Below, one piece after another: positions 23,501 to 35,737 of a stretch of 64,000 nucleotides of DNA. This DNA comes from Rhizaria sp. SCN 62-66 (taxonomy: Eukaryota). The translations under genes were made by a program, and so were the position numbers. Each line of letters starts with the position of its first letter. The stretch's first letter is position 1. The stretch is from the NCBI GenBank assembly GCA_001724265.1, contig MEDY01000082.1:1-64000 (forward strand), in the 5' to 3' direction. The notes beneath the pieces are model-generated. The model worked only from the letters and a program-made list of their open reading frames with translations, was not told the DNA's origin and searched no databases.

Positions 23501-26500
23501 GCAACATCGGCGGGGAGACTACTGACGCCAGACAGCTGCACATGTCCCAGCACGTCCGAAGCCCCCGCCTCGTCACTATGGAGGCCGAGGCCGGCGCGGG
23601 TGGGCACGACGGCGGTCAGCAGCGCTTGCGTGGCGAGGGTGGCGGTCTCAGCCCACTCGAGCGCCAACGCAGTCTCGCACACGGACTGCAGCGGCACCAA
23701 CGCGGCGCCGGACGCGGCGAGGATTTGCTTCAACCCCACTGCGGCATTAATCGGACTTGCAGAGGTGTTGCCGTAGCGGCTCACGTTCGACGTGTTGCTG
23801 CCGCTGCTGCCGCTGTTGTTGTTGGTGAGAGTTGAAGAGAGATACGCCCACCAGTTGACCGGCGTGTTCATCGTCGGAGTCCAGTCCAGCTCGCTACTTA
23901 GACGCTCTGAGGAGGCACTTACAGCGCCGTCGCTGGAGGAGGACAGCGATGGGGTACTCAGCGCGATGTAGCTCGGGGTAAGGGGGTTGACGTGGCTGCC
24001 GGTGGCGACGCCCGCGGGGGCACGTAGCGCGCGTTGCACCAAGACAGAGGCAGCGGGACCGAAAAAGGCCGACAGGGCACTCTTGTTGCTGCTGCCGTTG
24101 CGCAAGGCCACAGCAGTGGTTGTGATGTGGGGGCCGAAGACCGCGTTGCCACCAGTGCTCGCGATGAACTTGCTCACAACACTCTCGTGGTAATTCTTGC
24201 TGTCGTTGGCGCTTGTGCCATTCGGGTTGGTGGTGAGATTAGAGAGGAGAGCAGAGAGAATGCCTTGGTAGCGCGCGCGCGCGGCCGGTGACAGCGGCTG
24301 CGGCGGCAGCAACAGGACAGCCTCCGCGAACAACAGTGTGGCGTAAATGGGGCTCACCTTGCCCAATGTCGCAAGGACACGTGCCATGCTAACATCACTC
24401 CGGATAGCAAAGCCACGACTCGCGTTTACACTCGCGCTTGGGTTGGAGGCGTTGGCGTTCGCGGTGTTGGCGCCAGTGATATGAGCGTAGTTAGTGTTCT
24501 TGTTGCTAAGCAAGAGACTGTGAGCCGCGAACGTGTCACGGTCGATAACGCCCGGGTACTTACACAAGTCACTTACAGGCACAACCTCAGTGAACTGGTC
24601 GCCAGTCAAATACACCGACCGGGGCGCCTCCGCAGCGCCACCGGCCGCGGCTGAGGCGACTGTGAGCGGAGGGGACGGGGAAGGCGCGATTTTGACGTTG
24701 TACAGAACAACGACGTCGCCGGCAGCAATCGAGGCCAGCGTTGCAATCCTAATGGAAAATACACAAAAACGACAATTTAATCAGAATTATAATAAGATAT
24801 CGCGAGAAGAATGAAATCAACGATAAAGTGATCTTAGATTCAAGTAGGAGTTGAAATTAAGCGCAGTAAAACATGTTTTCAGCTTTAAAGTTGGTTTTCG
24901 GAAGATTATAAGAAACGTACCTCGTGTTGGACGCCAGCTGCACAGGCACACACACGGGCGCAGGGAAGCTATTGCTGCTCGGACCAAAAGCAGCGTCTTT
25001 AGCGGCAATGATAGCGCGGGAAGTCGAGATGTCAGCAAGACAGAGCCAGCGCTTCGCCATGAGTCCCTTGCCGCCCTTGCTGCCGACACTGGCACGGGCC
25101 GCCGCCGGGGCACTTACACCAACGGCGGAGGTACTTAGACCCCCCTGAGGGTTGTAGATGGCGTCAGTTAGCGACGCCGCGTTGGCTTTGGCGTGCGCCT
25201 TCATCGACAGCACAGACGCCAAGTTACTGTGGTGACCGTGGGCAGCGCCGGAGCCAAACATACTAGTCGCAGGAGCAGTGGCAGCGCCCGTGGCGGGGGC
25301 GCCAAAGGCTGAGCGCTCGAGCTTCGACGCACGGACGACAATACCGACAACGTTCACAGTCTTTCCTTCGGGCTGCGTGTAGAGCTCGTCTAACGGGGTG
25401 AACGGCGGGTGTAAGTACCCCATCCGGCCGCACTGCGGCGCCAACCGGGGCGCAGGCAGCTGCTGCTGCGACAACACAAACACATCCGCCTTGGGCTTGA
25501 TGGGGTTCAGCGAGATCTCAACCGCGTGACCGTGGGTCGCGGGCGGCTTAACTTTAAAGTTGCGGATCATGATGACGTCACCGATGTTAATGCGCGTATA
25601 ATGGTCGCGGACGAGCGAGTTCCACAGCGTCGCCTTGATGCTGGCACCGGTGTTGTCGGTCAACAGCAGCTCAAACAGGAAAGGAGCCGGCTGGTAGTCA
25701 CGGCCCTTGAGGGACGCGAAGGTGTTGGCGTTGTTGAGATTCGTGACAAGGTCAGCGTCAATGTTGTTACCGCCACTGCTGCTGCTACTAGAACGGGGCG
25801 TGGCGACAGTGTTGATCGGCTTCATGACAACAGAACCGACATTGCTCGTGTCATCACGGAGAGTCGAAGTGCTGATCGCGGCGCTACCCGCAGCGCTGAT
25901 CGCACTCACAAGCGCATTGCTACTGCTCGTGCTCGCGCTCTCGCTAGCGTGAGTTGCGCTGTTATCGCTGTCAGTCATACCGAGTGCGATGCTGCCCGTG
26001 GAAGTAGCGCCGCGGTCAGGCAGCGTGCCCCACTGGCCAAGCCCAGCCTCCGTCAGCGTGTCCTGATACACCGCCGCGTGCAAGCTACTTACATGCCCGC
26101 CCATGCGCCCCTTGCCCCTCGCAGCCTGGGCCGTGCTTGTACCAGCGGCTGAGGGAGCGTTGAGACCCGCGTTGGCGCTGGTGATCGCGCTGGTCTTGCT
26201 GGTCACATACGCGACCGGGTTAGCGTGGCTGCCGAAGCGCACGACGCGGCTCTTGGCCGAGACGCGCGCGATAAGCGTCGTCTCGGGGCGCACGGCCGCG
26301 GGCTCGGCGGCGAGCAGGGCGGCGACGGAGGTTAAGCTGTTGAGCATGCCGTCCGCGGCGGAGTTGAGGAGGACACAGGCGGCGGCCACGGTGTTGTCGG
26401 CCTTCTCTTCAAACCCGCCGAGCAAGCTAGAGCTAGTCAAGTTAGCGGCATCGCTGTCACGAGCAGCGTTGTTGGCGGTGCTGGCGGTGGCGGCGCGATC

Positions 26501-29500
26501 AGAGGCTAGGAACGGGGACCACGGTAAAGCAACGATGCCGTTGCCACCGTTAGCATTAGCGCTCGCAGTCGAGCTAGAGTGGGAGTGCGCGTGAGTGTCC
26601 TTGGTGATTTGTGGCAGCAGTGATAGCGCAGTGGAGCTACCGATGTTAGCGTGGGCGTTCATGGTGCTAAGAGATGAGAGCGGGAGCGCAGTCGTCGTCG
26701 TGTGCTGATAGTCAGTCAGCATGTCACTGACATTCAACAGAGGCCTCTCCTCGTCGTCCTCAGCTGCAGCTGCTGCTGCTGATGCGGTGGTAGCGGCGCC
26801 GTCGGTGGTTACCTCAAGAAGCCCCTCGTCATCCTCGTACTTATCGTAGTCAATTACAGCGATGCTATTGTCGACAGCGTCGCTATCAGACATCTTGACC
26901 GAAGAAGCGCTGTTGTTACTGACACGAGAGCTGTTGGGGTTTGCGCCCACAGCGGGGAAGAGCCAGTTAGCGATGGTGACGGCCTCGGCAACAGCAGCTG
27001 CCCCAGTCTCCGCCTCGGCCTCCGAGTCAGAGTGCGAGTCGTCGGACCCACTCGTGCTAGGACCCTTCTTGCTCTTGCTCTTGCTGGCGTTGTTGAGCTG
27101 CTCCAGCTGCTTCAGCAGCAGCGGCAGTTGCACGAGCCAGTTGTTGCGAACGCTGACGCCGACCTCGACCGCCGCCGCGACCGCTGCCGCGGCCTCAGCC
27201 TCGGCCGCCTCCGCAGCCGCGGTCGCCTGGTGCCGCAGCCGCCGCAGCTGCTGCTTCTGCGCCTTCTCAGCGTCCTTGTTCGCGCTAGAGCCGGTCGCGG
27301 CCGCGGCGGCCGCGGCGGAGGCCGCCTCAGCCTCAGTGACGAGAGCGGCCGCCGCGGTGACGGTTGTAACGGCAGCAACAGCCTTGGCCCTGGCCGCGCG
27401 CCTGGCCTGACGCTTCGCCGCCGTGGCCGCCGCGGCCGCGGCCGCCGTGGCCGCCGCAGTCGCAGCTTTGGCCGCGGCAGCGGCGGCGGAGGCGGCTTCG
27501 AGCCGCTGCGCACGGTCATACGGCGCGGTCCGCCAGTCTAAGGGGTAGTCGCTGTCATTTAAGGGGGCGGCAATGAGGCTCGCAGCGGGGGTGGCGTTGA
27601 GGTTTGCGATATAGCTGGAGACGGACGCAAGGAAGGCGGACGTCGCGGACTCGGCGGCCGCGGTGCTTGCGGTGGCGGAGCACAGCGGCTGCGGCAAAAG
27701 CACGGACAGCATATTGTCGGCATCCGGCGCGCTGGCTTGACTCGCGACCTTGTTAGCATTCGTGACCGTGAGCACGCCGACGTTAGACGAGTGAGTAGAG
27801 CTTGTGATTGCGCTGACGACGCTTGCTTTGCTGGCGTTGCGGGTGAATGCAAGGGCGGGGTGTAAGGGTGCGGGCATCACAGGCACTTCCGCGCCCTCAT
27901 TCGCATACAACGGCACGTAGAACGTCGACAGCGACAACAGCGGCCGCGACTGAGTCTCCAGCGCGCCTTGTTGACTCAGCCAAACCAGGGCCTCTCCAGC
28001 ATCCGCAGCGGCGGAAAGTGGAGGGGGGCGAAACACGTGACCCGCGAGGGCGAACTCGCCGCCGCTCACGGTCATCTGGCTGCTCACAGTCGCGGCAAAG
28101 CCACTGCTGCTGCTGCTGCTGCTGCGAACGTTCGCTCCCTCAGCACTCGTCGTAGTCACGAAATCAGCGCTGTTGCTGCGGTATGTAAGGGGACAAATGA
28201 GTGCGCCATTGCCAGTAGGCGCCCCCTTAGACTGGTTTAAGGGGTTGAAGGGCGTGCCGGTGAGCAAGCACGTCCAACCGAAGGGGGACATAGCCTCCGT
28301 GGTCACAAACACAAGGCTCTTTTCACTCGCACTCGCCTCGCTGCTGCTGCTGCTGCTCGCGGCCGCGGTAGTGCTAGCTGTGCTGGCAGTGGGGGCTTCG
28401 AATGCAAGGACGACGTTGTCCCTGATGTCGGCGACTGCGCTCATCCTAGCACTGGTAAATGCGCAATCGCCGTACTGTCCGTCTGAGACGTAAGTACCCT
28501 TCGACTCGAGCAGTGTAAGTGCCGCGGGAACGGCGCAGTCGCGCATGTAAGTAGCCGTGAGCGCAAACAAGCTCGCCACAGACTCGGACTCAGCGTTGTC
28601 TAAGCGGATGGTCAAGAGCTTGCTATCGTCTCCACTGTTGTTCTTGCCGTCATCAGACCCGGGCGACGCGAGGAACAGAGCAGACTGAACAAGGGATAGC
28701 AGCTCAGCACTGCTGGTGCCAGCAGCAGCGGCCGCAGTTTCAAACGCCAAAGTGAGTCCAGAGGTAAAGCTAGAGCTAGAATTAGCGGCGGAGTTGGAGT
28801 TTGTGTTGTTAAGAGCGATACCGGTGTTACCAAGCCTCAGACCGCCACCACTCGTGTGAGATGTGCTTAGAGATGTTTTGGCGAGGGCGTTAGTGTGCGT
28901 GATCGCAGCGAGTGCGAGTGCCAGCGCGAGCTTATAGGGCACGCCGACGACGCTGAGCGCTACAGCAGTGCTGTGGGCCGCGAGCATCAGCGCCCGCAGC
29001 TTGTACGCGACACACGCCTGGACAAACACGCTACTCTCATCGCTAAAGCCACGATCACTGCCACTTCCATTGACAGCATTCGCACTGGCGCTAGCGCTAG
29101 CGCTGGCACTGGAGGCGGCACTCGTTGCAGCGAGAGCAACCGCGTTGTTGTTGTTGTTAGCGTCGGCGTTCGCGTTGAAGTTACTGTTGTTGGCGATCGT
29201 GAGAGCGAGGTGACTCCAATCAGCGCTACTTAGACCCGTGTACGGGGCGGCGGTACTTAAATCATGCGCGTACGCGTCCCTGAGCACATTGACAGTAGAC
29301 AGCGGCACTTCGCCGCTCACAGTCACTCGGCTCCACTGGGTGACCGTGAGCACGGTGCCGTATCTAAGTACCCCACTAAGTACCAGCGGCGCGAGACGCG
29401 GGTGCAGCAGCAGCTTCGTCTGGTAACGGCCGTCAGTAAGCACGATGTCGTATCCCAAAGTTAAGTCGTGCAGCGGCTTGTTCACGGCCGAAGTTAAGCT

Positions 29501-30793
29501 GCTGCCGAGACCGAGAGGAGAGAGTGAGCTGAAATTGATGACGTCAGCGTTTGCCTTAGCGATGATACGGCTGACAACCTCATCTTGCTGCTCGTGCGCC
29601 TGGCTGCGACTGTTGTTGCGGCTATCAGCCCTGGCCGCGGCAGCCATGGCCGCCACGGAGGCCAGCAGTGGCTGAGAAAAGGGCGTTGTGTGTGCGGTGT
29701 TGCAGTTGTCGACGGTGGCGTACATCTGGGGACTCGCGAGGAACGCGTGGATCGACACCACTTGAAGCGTGATTCCACTTCCGCTATCATTACTACTGAC
29801 ACTAGCTGCGCTTGAAGAAGAAGACTCATTCGCATTCGCACTCGTACTCGCATTCGCACTCGCGCTCAAGCTCGCGTTGGTGTTGTTCGAGATTAAGCCG
29901 CTGTTGTTGATGCCATTGTTCAAAATCAAGCCGCCCATGCGGAGCAGATCACTGGCGAAAGCTCCCTCCTCGTTCGCGTTCTGCTGATCGCCGTCAGAGG
30001 CACGCGTACCGGCGGCACCCGCGGTGCCCGAGCTCGAACTACTGGAGCTACTCGTGGCCTGGCCCTGGCTCTGGGGCAGGCAGTAGGTCTGCAGCAGCAC
30101 GGGGACGCCGTTCGCGGTGAGCAGAGGCAGCGGCAGACACGGGGGGCCCTGGAGCAAGCCCGCCGGCACCGCAGGGGCCGCCGCCGTCGCCGCCGCCGCA
30201 GCAGCTGCAGCAGGAGCTGCAGTCGCTGCAGTCACAACCACACCAGCATCTGCACTAACATTCGCGGTGTTGCCGCTGCTATTGCCGTCAGCGGGGGGCG
30301 TGAGGAGAGTGTGGACGCTTTTGCGCAGCTGCAGCAGCTGCTCCGTCCGCAGCGGCGACTTCGTGCTGAGGTTCGCGCCCGCAGCAGCAGCAGCGTCGTC
30401 AGCTCTGCTGGCCGCCGTGGCTGTGGCGGTGGCGGGCGGTGTGATGTGGCTCAGCAGCCCCGTTGCCAGCCGCAGCAGGCAGCGGCGCGCGACGACCGGG
30501 CCGGCGCCCAGCTCCAGCAGCGTCTGCCAGTCACCGCTTCCCTGCACCGCAAAAGTGGCGTTGCTACTATGAGACGAGGCGGGGGCGGGGGCGAGGGTGG
30601 GCTGGGGGAGGTTGAGAGCGAGGGCGGTGGCCAGGAGCTTGGGGTTCTTCGTGAGGGTCGAGAACAACACGGAATGGTGCGGAGCGCGCGCTAAGAGCGA
30701 TGTCAGCGAGGACTCAGCAGGGGCTGCCGCCGCCGCAGCAGCAGCAGCGGAGGCGGAGGCAGCAGCGGACGCGTTGCTGGATCGTGAGGTCAT
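20533..30793 (-). CDS. RADX-like (RPA1-related) multi-OB-fold ssDNA-binding protein, ~3362 aa; exons 30793-24921 and 24748-20533
   Basis: OB-fold blocks in RADX order: YDIVLTDGRYQTKLLLHPRLAPLV; LIARVSAKSRVVRFG...FELLLTDNTGASIKATLWNSLVRDHYTRINIGDVIMIRNFKVK...EISLNP; VNVVGIVVRASKLERS...RWLCLAD. A phase-2 intron joins the two long ORFs in frame. Stop TAA. Confidence 0.78.
24749..24920 (-). other. Spliceosomal intron (172 nt)
   Basis: AT-rich island; GTACGT donor, ...ttttccattAG acceptor; join gives SNTR-IATLASIAAGDVVVLYNVKI. Confidence 0.9.
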
Positions 30794-32147
30794 GTTATTG
30801 CACAGTCGCACGATGCAGGCGCAGTGAGGTGCGCGTTAGGCGTTAAGCACGCGGTATGCGAGAGAGAAAGAGTGGTGTTTGCTTGGGCTGCTGCAGGATA
30901 GAACAAGCCAGATGCAGGGGCCGCCACTGGGGGTTGAGGTGGAAGTGCGGTCGTCTCGCTGCTCGGGAGAGAAGGATCGAACCTGAAGGTGCTCTGCACG
31001 AGAGGCATAAGCAAGATAAGAGAATTCAAGCAGGACAAGGACGTGTAAAAGCGTTATTCAGTACAATTTGCACGGGTTGCAAAGACAAATAGTGTAGGGG
31101 CATGGTGGGCAGCGCATGGAAAGCGAGCGAACGAATGGCGGGAAGGGCGCTTGGCGCCACAAGCAAGTCGTATCATTTCTCGTTCTAGTACAAAATTATG
31201 ACCATCAGTGAAAAAAATCAAAAACAATCCCAGCTAATATCAATCATTTCACACAATATATTTTAATTAAATATCTTAAGTCCAGAAATACACACCACAA
31301 GCGACATTTCTCCACACTTGACCCTAGCTTGACGACGACGAAGAACTAAAAACTGTATCGACAAGCTTTGGTCTGCGAGCTGGCTCGTTGGCGGCCGAAG
31401 AGGCTGACAAAGCAGGCTTCGAGGGAGGCAATGAGCTCGTCAGTTCACTATGTGCGCTTTTGTATACGAGAATATACCTTAGTTCTCTTCATGTTTGATT
31501 TTCAATTTGTGCGCAATGCTTATATTTGTGCTGCTGCGGCTGGACAAGGCAGTGCGTGCGAGTCGCGTCCTCCTAGGCGGCCATCGCGTCTTCAACACCA
31601 CATTTCGTCCTCAAACACGATACTTTTCGTTGTGAAACTTTTATTTATTGCTATTAATTTTAGTATATTTTACTATAATCTTGCAGTACCCGCTAAATCG
31701 CCCACATTCCTCTTGAATTCCCTCATTTTGCGTGTATCTCGTGCGTTTTGAAGACCGCTTTTATTGGCCGCGTCATCCAAGCTTTTCTTCGACGTTTGTA
31801 GCCGCGCTTCGTGACGTTCCCTTTTTCTTAGCACACCTCGCTGCCGCCTTTAGAGAGAGCTCCTCCGCGGTTTTGCTTCTCTCTGCGCACGCGTTGGCTG
31901 GCGACACGGTTTGCGTTACTCTTCACCCCTTTTAACTCACCTCAGCGTGGTTTTTGAGTGAACTTCGGCCACCATTTCGTCGCCGCTCCTCTCAAGCTCT
32001 TCCCCTCGCACCACCGCTAATCTTAACATCACCGCTAGCAGCGCCGCCAAGAACAACACCGGCAACGCGACTGACAACAGCGTCGGCACTTACCAAGCCC
32101 CTCCTCCCGTTCCACACAACAACAGCAACTCGACACTCAAGGAGGAG

Positions 32148-32170
32148 CAACAACAGCAGCAACAGCAGCA

Positions 32171-32210
<40 letters not shown>
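32148..32210 (+). repeat. (CAG/CAA)n microsatellite, poly-Gln in the frame continuous with the ABHD17-like gene
   Basis: About 20 consecutive CAR triplets. Confidence 0.85.
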
Positions 32211-32212
<2 letters not shown>

Positions 32213-32966
32213 CCGGTCCTTCGGCGACCCCCGCACCGCTTTCGACTTTGTTTTTGAACGGGGCGCCCCTAACGCTCCCACAACCACCAACAGCAACAAA
32301 GCTAATTCGAGCACTCCCCACAAAGCGCACACAGGCGTAAAGACAAAGCACCACAGCAAGTCTACTGTAAGCGAGAATCGGTCGATTCCAGCGAAGCACA
32401 CCGCCGCTACCGCCGCCGCCGCCGCCCTCGCTGCCGCCGCTGCTGACTCTGCCTCTGCCGTTGACTCGGAGTCTTCAGTGAGTGTAGGTGCTGCTGCCGC
32501 TGCCAAGGCTAGTTACGGTTCGTTGCGAGACTCGCCCAGCCAGCCCACTGCGTCCGGCGCCGCTTCCCCCGCTGAGGTTTACAGCTACAGCTACAGCCGC
32601 TGGGACAACACTGTTGTAAGCAACAACACTCAAGCCAAACACAAGGGCAAGAGCCACAACAATAGAGTCCCGAAAGCTGCTGCTCGTGGATCGAACGCGA
32701 AGAGCCACTCGAACTACACTCGTTTCGACGACGAAAGCGAGAACGTTACCCACAGTCCCGAAGACGACGACAACGGTAATCGCAACTCTTACGCCGACTT
32801 TGACGACAACAACGAGCACGACGATACTTTTAGCGACGAGTCTGACAACTTCCCTTTCCCTTCGGACCGTTTCCCCGCAACCCCTTACCCCGCCGTCACC
32901 CCCGCTCTAAGTGCCCCCTTACACACCGGCAGCTCTAGCACTGACGACGAAGAGAGTATCTTCCAA

Positions 32967-34625
32967 ATGTCGTCGTTCTGCAACTGTCTCGGCGTTGACT
33001 GGCTGCTCTGCTGCTTCGGCTGTCTCACGCTCGCGGGCTGCCGCCACCGCATCGCAGAGCGGCTTGTCTATTTCCCGCCCAAGCCCCCCATGTACATCGT
33101 TCTTAACAACAACAACAGCAACAGCAACAGCGCTGGCGCGAACGCTGAGTTGAACTCGAACGCCGCCAACGACAATGCAACCGTTAGCTGCTCCAACTCC
33201 AACGCGGTCGCCGGCCCTCAGACGTTTTGGTGCATCGATATCGATAACGACAACGAGCGCGTAGAGCCTATCAGCGAGCCCGAGGGCCGTTATGAGATGA
33301 TTCCGACGAGTATGGGCCACAAGATCGCGACTCTGTGGATCCCTTGCCACGCCGCCGTTGCCGAGGGCTGCAACCTCAACCCTAGCGGCAATAATAACAA
33401 CAACAACAGCAACGCGAATGGTGCGAGTGCGAGCGAGATTGTGAGTGCGCTTGTGACTGGCACTAAGGCCAGCGCTCAGGCTGAGGCTGAGGCGTCACTC
33501 GCCGCTGCCGCTGCCGCCGAGGACGAGAACGCCTTCGCCAACCTCACCGGTGGCAGCAACGCGGCTCCGAACGCGACCGGCAGCAAGGCGAGTAATAGCT
33601 TCTACAGCGAGGATTTCGTCAACAGCGCCAGCCCCACCACGTCCGCCAACGCCGCCGCTGCCGAGGCTGCCGCGGCCGCCGCTGCCGCCGCGACGCCGCC
33701 CCATCTGCGCCAACGCGCGCGCGTGACACTGCTGTTCAGCCACGGCAACGCCGCCGACCTCGGTGCGATGAAGCCGCAGCTGCTGCGTCTGGCGCGCCGA
33801 CTTAATGTCAACGTCTTCGCGTATGACTACAGCGGCTACGGGCTGAGCGAGGGCCGCGCGACCCCGCGCAACACGCTGGCCGACGCCGAGGCCGCGCTGC
33901 TATACTTGAAGGCCAAGTACCCGCGGTGGAGCGAAAAGGTCATCTGCTACGGCCAGTCGCTGGGCTCAGCGCCGAGCATCTACCTGGGCGCGACGCACAA
34001 GGACAAGGTCGCGGGCGTGGTAATCCACTCGGGCCTCATGTCCGCGCTGCGCTGCGTGCGGCCGAACCTCAACTCGACCTATTTCTTCGACATTTTTCCC
34101 AACGTCGATCTCGTCAAGTCTGTCGAGGCACCCTTGCTGGTGATTCATGGCGGCAAAGACCGGGACATCCCGCGCACACACGGTGAGATGCTCGTGGCCA
34201 ACGCACCGCGGCCATACAAGCCCTGGTTTGCGCCCAACGCCGGCCACAACAACGTCGAGCTCAAGTACAGCGCGCTCTATGAGGCCAAGCTGGACGAGTT
34301 CGTCGCCGACGTCGTTGCTGGCGCGGCCGCGACCCGCTTCACCAAGGCCGAGTGCGTGGCGGGCTTTGCGGACCCCGGCGCGATCGCGGTCGCCGCGGCG
34401 GCCGTGGCGGCGGCGGGCGGCCACAGCGTGCCAGGGGCCGTGGCAATGGCCACTGTGCCCACTGCTAATGCGCCTGCGAGCAACAGGACGAGTAACAGCG
34501 GCAGCAACAAGACCGGCGCTGCTGGCGCTGCTGGTGCTGGCGCTGGTGCTGCAGCTGCGACTGGCGCCGGCGCGAGCAGTAGTATTAACAGTAGTGATCA
34601 GAAGTATATTGTGACGGGCAAGTGA
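32967..34625 (+). CDS. ABHD17-like alpha/beta hydrolase (putative protein depalmitoylase), 552 aa from the first ATG; true 5' end may lie ~1 kb upstream
   Basis: Cys-rich N-terminus (FCNCLGVDWLLCCFGC...IAERLVYFPP), SHGNAADLG, YDYSGYG, nucleophile motif GQSLG, HGGKD (Asp) and GHN (His). Stop TGA. Confidence 0.9.
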   Translation: MSSFCNCLGVDWLLCCFGCLTLAGCRHRIAERLVYFPPKPPMYIVLNNNNSNSNSAGANAELNSNAANDNATVSCSNSNAVAGPQTFWCIDIDNDNERVEPISEPEGRYEMIPTSMGHKIATLWIPCHAAVAEGCNLNPSGNNNNNNSNANGASASEIVSALVTGTKASAQAEAEASLAAAAAAEDENAFANLTGGSNAAPNATGSKASNSFYSEDFVNSASPTTSANAAAAEAAAAAAAAATPPHLRQRARVTLLFSHGNAADLGAMKPQLLRLARRLNVNVFAYDYSGYGLSEGRATPRNTLADAEAALLYLKAKYPRWSEKVICYGQSLGSAPSIYLGATHKDKVAGVVIHSGLMSALRCVRPNLNSTYFFDIFPNVDLVKSVEAPLLVIHGGKDRDIPRTHGEMLVANAPRPYKPWFAPNAGHNNVELKYSALYEAKLDEFVADVVAGAAATRFTKAECVAGFADPGAIAVAAAAVAAAGGHSVPGAVAMATVPTANAPASNRTSNSGSNKTGAAGAAGAGAGAAAATGAGASSSINSSDQKYIVTGK

Positions 34626-35737
34626 AGTTTTCGACTGCTGCTTGCAAAGCGAGCGCAAAGTAAAGCTTTTAAAATCACATGCCGAAGATAAGGAGGTCTG
34701 AGTTATTAATTAGTTGAATTTCAAGTTAGCTGTGTTTAGAGTCTATTAGTGGCGTTCAAATGGTGCTATTTCATTCGAGCCCTGATATGCCATATGCTAA
34801 GTTAAGAAGAGAGAAAGAAGAGAGAAAGAGAGTATGCTGCTTGTACTGTCTGTTGCTGCTATCCAAAGTAGTTTTGTAATTTTGTTTGAGTATGTGAGTA
34901 CTGTTTTTTTTTTGTACGTACGTTTTAAAAGTTTAGATTCACCAATTTTGTCTTTGTTTGGTTTCATTATAACCAGAGAACAATAAATTAGCCAGTTTAA
35001 ATTAGCCAAATCCAAGTATGCTTTGCATTGATGTTCTATCAGTGTATTTCGCCTATTTGAGGTCAAAAGGCAATAAACGCAATATAGCTAATCTTTTTCT
35101 TTTTTTCTTTTTATTTTGTTGTTCAATAAAGTAAAAAGTTGAGCTGTACAGAGAAAAAAAAACAGCTGGAATACGTACGTGTGTTGGACGTAAAGTTACG
35201 GCAGCAGCAGCAACAGGAATAAGCTGCAGTAGCAATACAAAACAACAACACACAGAAACTGAGATAGTAACACTATACTCGGAGTAGAAACCCCCTACAG
35301 CAGCGTAAACGAGTCCTTTGACACGTAGACCTATCTGTTTGCTAGCACTAGTACTAATGTTACCAGCAACAGTCGTAGTCTTAAAAAGACGACTCTTAAT
35401 CGCATAGTACTTCGTGCGAGTGTACGTGCTAGAGTAAGTTCCGGTGCAACTACAAAGAAACAACGATCACGACAAAACCTATCAACATTATCATCCGTAC
35501 AAAAAGTACACTCACAGATCAATAACTAACAACCAGCAACAAGAAGCAGCATTAAACGCAAGCAGCAAGCAAACAGCAAACAGCTGCAAGTTGCTATGAC
35601 TTACACACTAAAAAAATGCACGTAGCTGCGGCTAAACTTCAAGTTGCAGTGAAGCAGTCAGACTTGAAACAAGACAACATGAAGTCACACTCAAGCAAGA
35701 CGCACGCACGCAACTCGAGCAGGTACGGCTTAATTTT

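Noticed and set aside
6976-34625. DHHC acyltransferase and ABHD17-like deacylase as a functional cluster
   Set aside because: About 19 kb apart with two unrelated genes between them; both families are typically multi-copy, so chance is sufficient.
34797-35700. Short ORFs between the converging ABHD17-like and macro-domain genes
   Set aside because: AT-rich simple sequence without coding bias; most likely 3' UTRs and spacer.
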